Source: a virus
DNA length: 64,000 bases
Strand: one strand, 5' to 3'
Virus record (IMG/VR): IMGVR_UViG_3300025727_000011
Coordinates: 5,666 to 69,665 of that record
Within the stretch, counting starts at the first letter, position 1. Every line of letters begins with the position of its first letter. Below the pieces are notes generated by a model, which searched no databases, was not told the origin of the DNA, and saw only the letters and a program-made list of their open reading frames with translations. Position numbers and translations under genes: made by a program. Shown here one piece after another: positions 9,890-20,561 of this stretch.

Positions 9890-9898
9890 CTCGTCTAT
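9884..9898 (+). promoter_or_regulatory. Putative late promoter (CGGTA-N6-CTAT)
   Basis: Exact consensus copy, overlapping the upstream TAG. Confidence 0.65.
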
Positions 9899-9928
9899 CA
9901 GCTTACTTCGGGTGTAGGAGATCACAAG

Positions 9929-10606
9929 ATGGCTACACCACATCTGGGAGAGCGTTCTGTTGGCGTGGCACAGTTCATCTTGATGAACCGTCCCAATATC
10001 GCTCGGTACGAGTATGGTGCCGCGAACACTCTGGATGCTGCATTTGCTGGCGTGACTACCATGTTCACGATTCCGAAAGGGACGTGGTTCCGTAGTCCAA
10101 CGCTTCAATCCAATTCGGTTAGTCTGGTGGGGGGAAACTTTCGGGGTCGAACCGTCGCTCAGGTCAACTTCGACGATTACGCATCAGCTACCATTCACGG
10201 CGATTCCGGGATCAATTTCGTGCGGGTGGTTGAGATCGACCATTCTGGTGCGTCTTTACCTGTCGGACCCATCGTTGTAGTTCCACCCCCCTACTTTTTC
10301 ACATCAGCAAGCCGTACTATCTCTTTGTCGGGCACCGCTCCCGATGTGGCGGTTCTGGCTACAGGGCTACCGCCAACCGGATCGATGGTGGTTTCGTTTC
10401 CGCGAATGGTCGACAGTATTGAGGTGTCGAATAACGATGCTGGTGATGATTTGTATTTCTCGTTGGGGGCAGGGATGCCCGAGGCGGTTTTGGCTGCTGG
10501 TGCGACACAGACCTTTGCTTTTGGCGGGACCGCTGTGTACCTGCACGGGGACGGTGGGGCTGTGGACTTCTCCCTGACTGCCACCGTGGTCAGCGGACTT
10601 CGGTAA
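9929..10606 (+). CDS. Putative virion structural protein
   Basis: Beta-rich G/A/T/V composition; late promoter motif and AGGAG RBS. Confidence 0.55.
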   Translation: MATPHLGERSVGVAQFILMNRPNIARYEYGAANTLDAAFAGVTTMFTIPKGTWFRSPTLQSNSVSLVGGNFRGRTVAQVNFDDYASATIHGDSGINFVRVVEIDHSGASLPVGPIVVVPPPYFFTSASRTISLSGTAPDVAVLATGLPPTGSMVVSFPRMVDSIEVSNNDAGDDLYFSLGAGMPEAVLAAGATQTFAFGGTAVYLHGDGGAVDFSLTATVVSGLR

Positions 10607-10670
10607 TCATTCGATACGGCCCTCAATGAGTGAGGGTCCAACCTTTCATCTCACTTTCGGAGTACACATC

Positions 10671-11327
10671 ATGGCCAACGAAGCATATATCTGTCGGATT
10701 CGTACCGACCTTTCACACGGGATCGTTCAGATCACGGACCTGAAGCCCAACACCTCTCGTCGGTCCTTGACTTACGACAAGGTTTCCCAGAGCGGATACC
10801 TCGGTGATCGCGTCGAAAACGCGACCCTCGCCGCCCTAGCCGCCAACGCCACCGTTGCCGAGTACACCGGCCTCGCGGCATACCTCATTGATCACGTCAT
10901 TGATCAGGTCACTGGGGTGACCATCACCGTCACTGTCGCCAACGCTGCTGCCGTCGCTTTCATCGCTCAGGTTGACGCGGGTACGGCCATCGACATCAAT
11001 GCTGCGATGGTGGTTACCGGTGGAGCCGGTGCCGCTACGACCCTGACCAACGCTGCGGGTTCCACCGGAACCACTCTGGAGCTTCTCCAGGTGTTGTCTG
11101 GAAACACCTACACGTTGCCTTCTGGATCAGTGGTCGGTGCTCTTGCTACTCCCCTGGAAGCGGGATCTTTTGACACTGATTACCGTCAGTTGTACCAAAG
11201 CGGAGCGTTCTCGATGTCCCTCGGTGGTGGTGATCTTGCTACCCTTACCGCTGCGACCTTCACCTACGGCACGGTTGCCGGTGCCGCAGCCGTCTGCTAC
11301 GACGATACCGGCGCAATTCTCGCTTGA
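10671..11327 (+). CDS. Putative virion structural protein
   Basis: A/T/G-rich protein preceded by a variant promoter at 10601-10615. Confidence 0.55.
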   Translation: MANEAYICRIRTDLSHGIVQITDLKPNTSRRSLTYDKVSQSGYLGDRVENATLAALAANATVAEYTGLAAYLIDHVIDQVTGVTITVTVANAAAVAFIAQVDAGTAIDINAAMVVTGGAGAATTLTNAAGSTGTTLELLQVLSGNTYTLPSGSVVGALATPLEAGSFDTDYRQLYQSGAFSMSLGGGDLATLTAATFTYGTVAGAAAVCYDDTGAILA

Positions 11328-11403
11328 TTTGATTGGGGTTGGTCCCTCAACCTTTTGTTGAAGGCTCCGGGTACGATCTTTTCGTGCCCGGAGTTTTTGC
11401 GTC

Positions 11404-11667
11404 TTGACTGCGTATCGAACATCTGATCTCTATTACGCGGCGTACCTTCGGGTAGCTGGTGTCCCGTTTCTTGGTGTTGAAAGGGAGGGGAAGCGAGTCG
11501 TTTTTTTGTTTGAGTCAGAGCTTCACCCAAACACCTACTCGGATCTAAAACGGGGCTATTTTTCCGACAATGCTCGCGTTCCAGCGTTGTCTTACGTCCA
11601 GATGATCCGGGCCATGAAGGCTCTTGTCCATAAGACACCGCAAACGGGGGGCGGTGAAGTTCCGTGA
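11404..11667 (+). CDS. DUF5659-like small phage protein
   Basis: YRTSDLYYAAYL...GKRVVFLFE pattern. Confidence 0.6.
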   Translation: MTAYRTSDLYYAAYLRVAGVPFLGVEREGKRVVFLFESELHPNTYSDLKRGYFSDNARVPALSYVQMIRAMKALVHKTPQTGGGEVP

Positions 11668-11683
11668 TCGGGTATCACGAGGC

Positions 11684-12277
11684 ATGGAACCACCTCGTAC
11701 TCTTCATCACTCCTATCGGCTTCTCTTACTGGAAGGCATTTTCTCTCGAAAAGAGGGGGATATGGTCGTTTTGATGGAAGGTGTTCAACTCCGGGTTTCG
11801 GATTTGTTGGCTGAGTGGTCTGAGGTGTCGGTGGAGGCACACCTCCATCATTATCCTCCACAGCCTGTGGACAAAACCCTTCCCGGAGGAGGTTCCTGCC
11901 TATGGAATGGTCATTGTCCTCATGGGCATGAGAAACGTCCTGGGTGGTTGTTCAACCAGAATCTCACCGGAACGGTGGCTCTTGACGAGCGGGGGTGGTG
12001 TGTGGGGAGCGTTCCATTTCGGTTTGACTTGATGGAGGGTCATTACGGACGGCTGATTGTTTTGAGTCTTTCCGTTTCTGATACACCTCCTGACTCAGGG
12101 CCGCCCCGATGCGCTGCCTGCAACGACAGCGGGTACAGCGACAACCCCGGCATTCCCTGTGAAGCGGAAGGCTGCACAGCGATTCCGCCCAAGAACACAT
12201 CTTCGGAGGGGTTGCTCGATGAAGCGGGGCAGATGGTCGCCTTCCTAGAGACACTCAAAGGAATCATCAATGACTGA
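11684..12277 (+). CDS. Hypothetical protein
   Basis: ORF follows the G-run/CGGGTA motif at 11646-11674; Cys/His-rich segments. Confidence 0.5.
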   Translation: MEPPRTLHHSYRLLLLEGIFSRKEGDMVVLMEGVQLRVSDLLAEWSEVSVEAHLHHYPPQPVDKTLPGGGSCLWNGHCPHGHEKRPGWLFNQNLTGTVALDERGWCVGSVPFRFDLMEGHYGRLIVLSLSVSDTPPDSGPPRCAACNDSGYSDNPGIPCEAEGCTAIPPKNTSSEGLLDEAGQMVAFLETLKGIIND

Positions 12278-14555
12278 GCAGTCCTACAGCGGTCGAGTCG
12301 CTGCGATCATTTATCAGAATGACGATTTTCGGATCGCCAAGGTCGTTCTCGATGGTGAGGCGACCACCTCCGTCACCGTCACGGGAGCGTTCCCGGCGCA
12401 GAATATCGTGGTGGGATCATGGGTGTCCTTTGCCGCCAAGTGGGTCACCCATCGGCAATATGGGAGGCAACTGTCTGTTACTCGCAGCCCTATCGCTATT
12501 CAACGATGGACCGAGGAAAGGGCTATCTCGGCCCTCTCCGCAAACGGGATCGGACCACAGCTTCGACTCCAGTTGTTGATCCACGCGGAGAGTAGAGGCA
12601 TGAGCCTCGTAGAGATGCTTGATGCAGGTGATCTCACGGGGTCTGGCCTAGACGAGATGTCCGCTCTGTTCGTGATCACTCGTTGGCGTGCGCTCAAAGC
12701 CCATCTTGATGCAGCCTTGTTCTTGTCCGAGGCTGGGGTTCCGGCCCGTGTGATCGGCAAGGTGTGGAGCACTCTTGGGGATGAGTTGGAGGAGAAGATT
12801 ACGGAGGACCCGTGGGTTTTGGTTCGGGTGGCTGGGATCAGTTTTGCTGAAGCTGACGAGGTTGCTCGAAGGCTTAATGTCCCGCTGACTAATCCTGGTC
12901 GGCTGGGGGGTGCTGTTCTGACAGCTATACAGAATGTAGCCAAGGAAGGCCATGTGTATGCCCTTACCGGGCAGGTGATCAGTGCGGTGAACAAGATGAT
13001 CCCCGGCGCAGATATACCCCCGGTACAAATCGCTGCCGCGATCAAGCTCTTGTATGCGGAGAGGCAGGTGGTCGTGGACCGTGACAAGGAAGGTACGGTC
13101 TTGTTGTACGATCCTTGGTCCTACAGGATGGAGCTTGAGTGTGCGGAAATCCTGTCTCGACGTAACCTAGATGCAGGATCAGGACTGGTTGAGGAATATG
13201 CCAAAGAGGAATTGGATAAGTGGGCGCAAGGGCATCAGGTCACGTTGACGGAGACGCAACGGCTGGCTGCTCATCGTGCTCTGACTTCTCCGATCAGCGT
13301 GCTCACGGGTCTCCCAGGTGCAGGGAAGACTACCACGCTTCGTGCTGTGGTATCCGTTTTGAAGGATGCTAACGTGCCCTTCCTGTTGGTCGCTCCTACA
13401 GGAATCGCGGCGAAGCGTCTGGCATCCGTGACTGGAACAGATGCGGCGACGGTTCATAGAGCCTTTGGCGCAAAGGGGTGGAAAAAGGACGAGGAACGCG
13501 AATCGACCTACGTTGGCATTGTGGGGATGGAGCAGGAAAAATCGGAGGGAGACACCAAGAAGCAGCAGTGGGGTCACGGTCCCGAAAACCCACATCCAGC
13601 ACAGGTCGTCATCGTCGATGAGTCCTCGATGGTGGACCTACACATGCTGTACCGACTCCTGCAAGGAACGCTACCGACGTGTCGGTTGGTGTTTGTGGGT
13701 GACCCCTTTCAATTGCCAAGTGTGGGGGCTGGGGACGTTTTGCGGGATCTTGCCGCCTCTGATGTGTTTCCTCACACTCACCTCCATGAGATTTTCCGTC
13801 AGGAAGGGACATCTGGGATCGTGGTGGCTGCACATGATGTTCATGCCGGTAGGATGCCTGATCTGACACATTCTGACTTCAAGCTCATTGAGGCATACGA
13901 CGACAAGATAGCTTCGCTGCTTGTCATGCAGATCGCCAAGAGGCTGTATGACAAGAGCGTCAACTTCCAGGTGCTCTCACCTCGCCACGCGGGTGACGCT
14001 GGGGTCACCAACCTCAATGAGATGCTGCGCTTGGCGATCAATCCCCCAAGCGGTTCCCGAGCGGAGAGAAATCTGGCAGGGTCCGTCGTCCGCGAAGGTG
14101 ATCGGATCATGGTGGTCAAAAACGACTATGAGCGGGGGGTGTACAACGGCGATGTGGGGAAGGTGAATAGGATCAACCACAAAACCAAGGAACTCGTGAT
14201 CCATGTCTTCGCCGAGCCGGGGCAACCCCGACAAGAGATTCGGTACAATCTGAAAGACGGATCGCCCCCTATCCGGCTCGCTTACGCACAGACCATCCAC
14301 AAAAGCCAAGGGCAGGAGTACGACATTATCGTGGTGCCGATGCTCAAGTCTTTTGGGTGGCAGTTGCAGAGGAACCTCCTTTACACAGCGATTACCCGAG
14401 CGAAGCAGCGGGTGCTGATTGTGGGTGAGTCGGAGGCTGTCCGAAAGGCTGTCAAAAACGACAGAGCGAATAAACGCAACACTCATCTTTTGAGACGGTT
14501 GTGGGGGGGTCAGTCACTTGCCCTAGCGGGTACTCCGCATGTGGAGGCGTCATGA
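12270..14555 (+). CDS. recD: RecD2-like SF1B helicase
   Basis: N-terminal OB/HhH region, GLPGAGKTT, VAPTGIAAKR, IVDESSM, GDPFQLPSVG, AYAQTIHKSQGQE, LYTAITRAK. Confidence 0.95.
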   Translation: MTEQSYSGRVAAIIYQNDDFRIAKVVLDGEATTSVTVTGAFPAQNIVVGSWVSFAAKWVTHRQYGRQLSVTRSPIAIQRWTEERAISALSANGIGPQLRLQLLIHAESRGMSLVEMLDAGDLTGSGLDEMSALFVITRWRALKAHLDAALFLSEAGVPARVIGKVWSTLGDELEEKITEDPWVLVRVAGISFAEADEVARRLNVPLTNPGRLGGAVLTAIQNVAKEGHVYALTGQVISAVNKMIPGADIPPVQIAAAIKLLYAERQVVVDRDKEGTVLLYDPWSYRMELECAEILSRRNLDAGSGLVEEYAKEELDKWAQGHQVTLTETQRLAAHRALTSPISVLTGLPGAGKTTTLRAVVSVLKDANVPFLLVAPTGIAAKRLASVTGTDAATVHRAFGAKGWKKDEERESTYVGIVGMEQEKSEGDTKKQQWGHGPENPHPAQVVIVDESSMVDLHMLYRLLQGTLPTCRLVFVGDPFQLPSVGAGDVLRDLAASDVFPHTHLHEIFRQEGTSGIVVAAHDVHAGRMPDLTHSDFKLIEAYDDKIASLLVMQIAKRLYDKSVNFQVLSPRHAGDAGVTNLNEMLRLAINPPSGSRAERNLAGSVVREGDRIMVVKNDYERGVYNGDVGKVNRINHKTKELVIHVFAEPGQPRQEIRYNLKDGSPPIRLAYAQTIHKSQGQEYDIIVVPMLKSFGWQLQRNLLYTAITRAKQRVLIVGESEAVRKAVKNDRANKRNTHLLRRLWGGQSLALAGTPHVEAS
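14503..14532 (+). promoter_or_regulatory. Putative middle promoter (G-run ... CGGGTA)
   Basis: GGGGGGGT-N16-CGGGTA, 20 nt before ATG 14552. Confidence 0.5.
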
Positions 14556-15340
14556 CCGCTCATCCTGAATTGCCGGAAGTGTCTGTGGAAGTTGTTGATT
14601 CAATCTTCTCTATGCTCTCGGAGATGGCCGTCCATCTGGATGATGACCCTCTCCAGTTTGGGCCGAAACGATTGAATGGGAAGATCGCGGAAGCGCGGGG
14701 GATGCTTACCGAGTGTGAGAGCATTTTCTTGAAGGTGAGTCAATGGCTCCAAAAGTACCGTCGTACTCATCGGACGTTGAACACGGAGATGGATCTTGCC
14801 AAGAAGGATCTCTATGCGAATGATCCCGAAGTCCGGGCAGGGAGAAATGTCGCTGATCGTGATGCTCTCGCAACAATGAAGTTGCGGGATCAAGCACAGC
14901 AGCTTGCTTTGGTAGCTCAATCTCAGGCTGATCTGGAGGCCGTCCTTACGGTGATCAAGGCGAAGCGGGCTGACCTCAAAGATGTTCAAGCGCGTATCCG
15001 AGATCAGATTAAGCTCTGCCATGATGAGATTGGTCTTGGTGCTCGGTGGGGGAGCAGACCTGACCCTGGCACTCAAGCTCCTGATCTCGATGCTTCTCCC
15101 AATGTGGACAAGCAGACCCTCAAGGATCTGCATGAGATGTTCACAGGTGATCGTTCTTTGGAGCCGGATCTGGCGGTAGTCGTTGGTTCCTCTGTGGAAG
15201 CAGTACATGAGGAGCCTCCTACACTGCCAGAGACGGAGGTAGACGATTCAGCCGCAGACGACCTTTTGAATGCTCTCCCGCAACCAAAAGAGGTTGTTTC
15301 ACAGTCGATTGACGATCTTTTGGGGGATCTCGATCTTTAG
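14552..15340 (+). CDS. Coiled-coil protein, possibly a UvsY-like recombination mediator
   Basis: Helical protein with an acidic tail, located among recD, SSB and recA; function inferred. Confidence 0.45.
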   Translation: MTAHPELPEVSVEVVDSIFSMLSEMAVHLDDDPLQFGPKRLNGKIAEARGMLTECESIFLKVSQWLQKYRRTHRTLNTEMDLAKKDLYANDPEVRAGRNVADRDALATMKLRDQAQQLALVAQSQADLEAVLTVIKAKRADLKDVQARIRDQIKLCHDEIGLGARWGSRPDPGTQAPDLDASPNVDKQTLKDLHEMFTGDRSLEPDLAVVVGSSVEAVHEEPPTLPETEVDDSAADDLLNALPQPKEVVSQSIDDLLGDLDL

Positions 15341-15445
15341 GGGGGGGGAGTTTTTGTCGTGGGCCGGTAATGGTCATCGACGCACTTCATTTCACCGCTC
15401 ATGTTGAGCACTGACTTACACCTAGCGTCTTAGAGGAGCACAATA

Positions 15446-16165
15446 ATGGATGGTTTTTTGGATTTCACTTTCGGTGAAAATGACGAGAACATCGGAAAGC
15501 AGAGCAAGCGTTTCAAAGGGGAAACGGGCCGCTCGTACCGGGCCAGCTTGGTTTGGTTCACCGACTACAAAGAGGACGGCACTCCTGCCGACACCGCAAA
15601 CATCAAGTTCACGGGTTGCGAGCGAATCTATAAGGACGGGGTGGGGTATGTCATGATTGACAGCAGCAACCGCGTTGCGATGCTTGACTTGCTCAAGGAG
15701 CAGCCCAAGCAGCAGATTGCTACAGTCCTTTGTATTTGGCCTTGCGCTAAGGACGGAGAACTTGATGTTGCCTCCTACAAGAATGGCAAGGGTTGGAAGG
15801 TTCAGCCTTGGACCCACTCCCCTGACAAGTACAAGACGGTTGGCCAGAACAACAAGCGTTTCCCTCTGACCAAACATGATCTCACTATCAATTGCATTGA
15901 CGGTAAATACCAGAAGATGACCTTCACGCCCGAGGGCGAGAGTCTTTTGCTCAAATACCTGGAAGCAAAAAATGAGGATTTGCGGGCGGTTGGTAGGAAG
16001 ATCCTTGGGGAAGCCCGTCAGGTGGCAGGGGACATCCACAATGTTCTTGCACGACGGTACACCGTGGACGAGGTCCGTGAGAAGCTGGGAGGCGAGCCTT
16101 CCAGCCCGACTGGTAACCATGCGTCGAAGGATGTGGATTCGATGTTGGACGACATTGGAATCTAG
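15446..16165 (+). CDS. Putative single-stranded DNA-binding protein
   Basis: gp32-like architecture with acidic C-terminus (DVDSMLDDIGI) in a recombination cluster. Confidence 0.55.
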   Translation: MDGFLDFTFGENDENIGKQSKRFKGETGRSYRASLVWFTDYKEDGTPADTANIKFTGCERIYKDGVGYVMIDSSNRVAMLDLLKEQPKQQIATVLCIWPCAKDGELDVASYKNGKGWKVQPWTHSPDKYKTVGQNNKRFPLTKHDLTINCIDGKYQKMTFTPEGESLLLKYLEAKNEDLRAVGRKILGEARQVAGDIHNVLARRYTVDEVREKLGGEPSSPTGNHASKDVDSMLDDIGI

Positions 16166-16240
16166 TCCGATGGAGACTCAAACACCCCTGGATGATGCGC
16201 CTTTCCGGTGCCCCATTCGGGGGTGTTTCGGTAGTTTGGC

Positions 16241-16924
16241 ATGAGAGTCCTCGGATTCGACCCTTCGTTGACGAACTTCGGGTGGGCCATCCACGACAAC
16301 TCGTTCCCGGTGGGTGACCCCCGCCGATGCGAGGCTCGTGGGAGGTTTCAGACCAAGGCCAAGATGGAGTTCGTCACCCGCTACATGTTCATGCGCGACT
16401 CGCTGCGTGCTCTGATTCAAGAGCACAAACCCGACCGGGTGGGGGTCGAGTACCCGATTATGAACGCCATGTATTCGGAAGGGATGTGGGGTCTGTTCCT
16501 TTATTCATGTGAAGCCTTCCGTGCCGAGTTCATGGACGTGGTGTTCTGGTCCCCCCTGCAAGTCAAGGCCCATGCTCGTGACACCCTCGACCGCCCCAAA
16601 GGATGGCCGATGGACAAGGTGGACATGTGTGATGCAGCCAAGCTGGATGTGGGTGGTGGTCGATGGAACCACAACGAGGCTGACGCCTATTTGGTGGCCG
16701 TCCTTTCGGGGCGGTTTTGGGAGTTTTACGATGAGCGGGTTGCGGAGGGGGATTTGACTCCAACCGAAGCTCGGTATTTCACCAAGGTTCACACCTTCAT
16801 CAGAGGGAAGCGGGCCGGAAAGACAATCAAGAAGGGTGTGATCCACCGAGAGTCGGATCGCTTCTTCGTGTGGTCCCGACTTCGGGACGAGGAGATCAAC
16901 GATGGCGAGAGCGAAAAAGAGTGA
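16241..16924 (+). CDS. ruvC: RuvC-like Holliday junction resolvase
   Basis: VLGFDPSLTNFGWA, VGVE, SPLQVK, HNEADA. Confidence 0.85.
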   Translation: MRVLGFDPSLTNFGWAIHDNSFPVGDPRRCEARGRFQTKAKMEFVTRYMFMRDSLRALIQEHKPDRVGVEYPIMNAMYSEGMWGLFLYSCEAFRAEFMDVVFWSPLQVKAHARDTLDRPKGWPMDKVDMCDAAKLDVGGGRWNHNEADAYLVAVLSGRFWEFYDERVAEGDLTPTEARYFTKVHTFIRGKRAGKTIKKGVIHRESDRFFVWSRLRDEEINDGESEKE

Positions 16925-18146
16925 GGAGGGCGGCAGCGCAGCCCTTGCAGGAGCAGTCAGCCCTCTGGATGCTTGTACCGCATTCCTGAAGAAGAAGAAA
17001 GGTAAGGAGTTCACCGACATTATGGTGGCGATGGACGATGACACGGTGAAAGAATCTCTGCCTCACATCTCCAGTGGCAGCATCGTCATCGACCACCTCA
17101 TTGGAGGGGAGAAAAACACGTTCGGAGTCTCCCCCTGTCCGGGCTTCCCGCGATGCAAGGTCACACAAATCTGGGGGCATGAGTCGTCAGGCAAGACCAC
17201 CCTGTGTCTGGAAGCAGTGGTTCAGTGCTGCGCCGACGGAGGCACGGCAGTTTACATTGACTGGGAGAACGACATCGTTCCCGACTATGCCGCTGCTCTC
17301 GGCGTTCCCATCACGGACCCTTCAAAGTTCATATTGCTTCAGCCGGACACGTTGGAGGACGGGATCAAATACGCGATGGCTTACGCCACGGCGGGTGTGG
17401 ATCTCATCATCTTCGACTCCGTGGGCGCGGCTGTCCCACGTCGCATCGCAGAGCGTGACGCTCTTGAGGTCGCGGAACAAGGCAAGGTCGCTGAACTTCA
17501 GAGCGTGTGGTCACAGGAACTCCCCAATATCAAGGGCACCATCGCCCGCAGTGGAAGCGCCGTCGTTGGGATCAGTCAGATTCGTTCAACGCTGGCGACG
17601 ATGCCTGGAGCCAAAAAAACCCAACCTCAAGGCGGCAATGGCTGGAAGTTCTACTCCGCAGTGCGGCTGGAGTTGCGTCGTGTCAAGAACGAAAAGGCTC
17701 GTGAGCACAATGTCCTGACGCACAAGACAGACGAGCGCGTGGTTGGTGGGATCATCAAGGTCACAACTATGAAATGCAAGGTCAGTCGCTCACAGGGACG
17801 TGAAGAAATCTTCTACATCCGGTGGGGTGAGGGCATCGACAACGTGCGGACGATCATCGAGATCGCCAAAGCGCACGGAATCATCAAGGGGTCTAGTTGG
17901 ATGACGTGGGCGGATTGCCCGGACGGCCCTCTCAGAATCCAAGGCAATGAAAAAATGAGGAAGCACTTTCTGGAAAATAGGGAGCACTTTGAGGCGTTGT
18001 CGGCACGGGTAATGCCATTCCTTGGTGCGGGGACTACCGACCACTTCGTTGATGAAGTTGACCCCGACGACTCTGAACTCGATGCCATCTTTGATGAGCC
18101 GAAAAAGTCGAAGGTGTCTGACCTCGATGGTGATTCTGATGGGTGA
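16902..18146 (+). CDS. recA: RecA recombinase
   Basis: GHESSGKTT, YIDWEN, IIFDSVGA, QIR, GGNGWKFYSAVRLE. Confidence 0.95.
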   Translation: MARAKKSEEGGSAALAGAVSPLDACTAFLKKKKGKEFTDIMVAMDDDTVKESLPHISSGSIVIDHLIGGEKNTFGVSPCPGFPRCKVTQIWGHESSGKTTLCLEAVVQCCADGGTAVYIDWENDIVPDYAAALGVPITDPSKFILLQPDTLEDGIKYAMAYATAGVDLIIFDSVGAAVPRRIAERDALEVAEQGKVAELQSVWSQELPNIKGTIARSGSAVVGISQIRSTLATMPGAKKTQPQGGNGWKFYSAVRLELRRVKNEKAREHNVLTHKTDERVVGGIIKVTTMKCKVSRSQGREEIFYIRWGEGIDNVRTIIEIAKAHGIIKGSSWMTWADCPDGPLRIQGNEKMRKHFLENREHFEALSARVMPFLGAGTTDHFVDEVDPDDSELDAIFDEPKKSKVSDLDGDSDG

Positions 18147-18474
18147 AACGGTAGATGAACACCTCTGGCGAGAGTGCATTGATGGGCGTCGTTCGATCCG
18201 TGTCTTACGGTACGAGGAGCCAGAGATCATTGAACCTTTGGCACTGGTCCGGGGCAAGACCTCTGTTTTCGTCCATTGTCGTCTCATAAAAGGAGATGGA
18301 TTTACTTTTCGGAACTTTGGTCTTAGGTGTCAATTCAAACAGGTGGATGTGTTGGAGCCTGGCAGCCGATCCTCGCATCCGTGGGATTGGAAGGTGGGAT
18401 CTTCTCCCGCTCCCGGCGTCACCGTGTTGTATACGGGGGTCAACGATCCTCCTGTTTCCGGTACATCGGAGTGA
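18139..18474 (+). CDS. Hypothetical protein
   Basis: ORF translationally coupled to recA. Confidence 0.45.
   Translation: MGETVDEHLWRECIDGRRSIRVLRYEEPEIIEPLALVRGKTSVFVHCRLIKGDGFTFRNFGLRCQFKQVDVLEPGSRSSHPWDWKVGSSPAPGVTVLYTGVNDPPVSGTSE
18435..18463 (+). promoter_or_regulatory. Putative middle promoter
   Basis: GGGGGT-N17-CCGGTA before ATG 18483. Confidence 0.55.
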
Positions 18475-18482
18475 GGTGATCT

Positions 18483-19703
18483 ATGGCCGTCAAAGTCCGA
18501 GTACAGAATTTTCAGTCCATTGAGGACGTTACCGTGGTGATTGACGGGCTGACCGTCATCACCGGGACGAATAATAGCGGCAAGACGGCGTTTATGCGGG
18601 CTGTCCGAGGAGTGTTCACTAACTCTCCGGCTGGTCCCTTGGTGCGTCATGGCTGTGCTCACCTTACGGTGACGTTGACCTTTGCTGATGGAACAGAGAT
18701 CATTTGGGAAAAGGGTTGGGAGAAACCCGGTCAGAAAGGCAAGACTGTCAATCGCTACACCCTCAACGGCAAGCGACTTTCAGGCGTGGGTCGCGGTGTA
18801 CCTCCTGAGATTGAGTCTTTAGGTGTGCGTGAGATCCAAGCTGCTTCTGATCGTGTGTGGCCACAGATTGCAGATCAGTTTACCGGGTCGTTGTTTTTGG
18901 TGAATAGACCCGGCTCTGCGATTGCGGAGGCTCTTTCAGATGTGGAACGTGTGGGCAAGCTGTCGTCGGCGCTCAAAGCATCAGAGAAAGACCGACGATC
19001 AGCTAACGATGAACTCAAGATCCGTCGTAAGGACGTGGCGACACATGAGAAGTCAGTCGCAGTGTTTGATGGACTCGACACCGTGGCGGCCCAGGTTCGG
19101 GGTTTGGCAGACACCCGTGATGAGATCACGAAGCTGCTCCTAAAACAGAATGTCCTTACGGAGTTGAGGACTCGACTACAGACTACGAGGGACAACGCAG
19201 AAACCCTTGCAGGATTTGACCCAGATGTGATCCCAGATTCGGCCCGAGCGGAGAAGCTGGCGAAGGCAGTGGTCAAGGTCACGGGTTTTCGAGATCAATA
19301 CGGTCATGCAAAAGAGGAGGTAGCAACCCTTGCTGGGTTCACCTCTGTCTCGGTGCCTGATGCCAGTGAAGTGCAAGGCCAACAGACCCGGCTTGAGGAA
19401 ATTCGCAATCTGGATCGGAAGCGGAGGCGGCTACAAGATGCAGTGCAAACGTATTCGGGTCTGGGCGATCTTGACTTTCCCGATACCGCGAAGATTGTCA
19501 AGATTCAAGCCTGTATAGACAAGGTGAGGACTCTCCGTAGGCGGCGTCTCTCTGCCAACACGGACTTCACCACCGCCTCTACCGAGGCCAAGCACAACGC
19601 GAAGATGCTGGCCGAAGCAGAGGCAAACGTCATCCAACTCCTGGGGGACCGGGGGCTATGTCCGACCTGCAATACCATCCATGAGGGAGAAGCTCATGTC
19701 TAA
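18483..19703 (+). CDS. sbcC: SbcC/Rad50-like ATPase, N-terminal half
   Basis: VQNFQS, Walker A GTNNSGKT and Q-loop, then coiled coil ending at zinc-hook-like CPTC. No Walker B. Confidence 0.8.
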   Translation: MAVKVRVQNFQSIEDVTVVIDGLTVITGTNNSGKTAFMRAVRGVFTNSPAGPLVRHGCAHLTVTLTFADGTEIIWEKGWEKPGQKGKTVNRYTLNGKRLSGVGRGVPPEIESLGVREIQAASDRVWPQIADQFTGSLFLVNRPGSAIAEALSDVERVGKLSSALKASEKDRRSANDELKIRRKDVATHEKSVAVFDGLDTVAAQVRGLADTRDEITKLLLKQNVLTELRTRLQTTRDNAETLAGFDPDVIPDSARAEKLAKAVVKVTGFRDQYGHAKEEVATLAGFTSVSVPDASEVQGQQTRLEEIRNLDRKRRRLQDAVQTYSGLGDLDFPDTAKIVKIQACIDKVRTLRRRRLSANTDFTTASTEAKHNAKMLAEAEANVIQLLGDRGLCPTCNTIHEGEAHV

Positions 19704-20205
19704 CGACCAACCTAGCCTTTTTGATTTGTTCGGTGCTCGTGTACGGGGTCCTGTCGGCGCACCTTTCACCCCTGGATCAACAACATCTCGGGAGGCAGCC
19801 GAATCGGTGGCTGAGGTTGCGGGTCGGTTGCGGCGCAGGGTGTACGCACACATTGTGGAGTGTGGAGAGGCGGGCACCACAGATGATGCTGCCGAAGTGG
19901 TTTTGGATATGAAGCACACCACCTATACAGCACGTCGCGGTGAACTCGTGAAGCAAGGGTTGGTGCGTGACAGCGGCAACACAGCCAAGACACGCTCAGG
20001 TCGAAATGCTGTGTTGTGGGTCATGGTGCCAGGAGATGAGATTGAAGCTGCCAAGAAAGCGTATCAGGCGCAGGAATCACGGCGGACTTTGATGCGAGCG
20101 GCGATGAGCAAGATCAAGGAGATGGCTGACGATGAGTTGGAGGATTTTATCTCTTCTGATGAAACCTCCGATGAAGATGCCTTTCTTGATTTGTTCGGGG
20201 AATAG
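19696..20205 (+). CDS. Winged-HTH-like hypothetical protein
   Basis: TSREAA...TARRGELVKQGLVRDSG...TRSGRNAVLW. Confidence 0.55.
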   Translation: MSNDQPSLFDLFGARVRGPVGAPFTPGSTTSREAAESVAEVAGRLRRRVYAHIVECGEAGTTDDAAEVVLDMKHTTYTARRGELVKQGLVRDSGNTAKTRSGRNAVLWVMVPGDEIEAAKKAYQAQESRRTLMRAAMSKIKEMADDELEDFISSDETSDEDAFLDLFGE

Positions 20206-20233
20206 GGGGTCACTCCGCTACCCGTTCCCGGTA
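20205..20233 (+). promoter_or_regulatory. Putative middle promoter
   Basis: GGGGGT-N17-CCGGTA before ATG 20256. Confidence 0.55.
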
Positions 20234-20255
20234 CATAAGGGCACGGAGGCTTCAC

Positions 20256-20561
20256 ATGCTTGACCCGATCACTTGCCGGTTCTGCTCCTCGACCAACTGC
20301 GAGCACGGCGACCACTGCGAAGACTGCGGGTGCCCCAAGTGCGGGATGCCCGGTGCTCGCTTCACCGAATCCGACGGCAACGTCCGTGGCTTCTGCTACG
20401 ACTGCGAGTGGGAAGCGGTGCTCGGTGCCTACAAGGCATGGAAGGCTCGGCAGCCGGTGAAGACGACGGAGCAGATGCGCCGTCAGGTGTTGGGTTGGCT
20501 GGGTGCTGACCTGCCCCCCGACGACGAGGTTGGCCCCATGATCATCGGGGGTGTGGAATGA
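20256..20561 (+). CDS. Cys-rich hypothetical protein
   Basis: Multiple CxxC pairs; GGAGG RBS. Confidence 0.55.
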   Translation: MLDPITCRFCSSTNCEHGDHCEDCGCPKCGMPGARFTESDGNVRGFCYDCEWEAVLGAYKAWKARQPVKTTEQMRRQVLGWLGADLPPDDEVGPMIIGGVE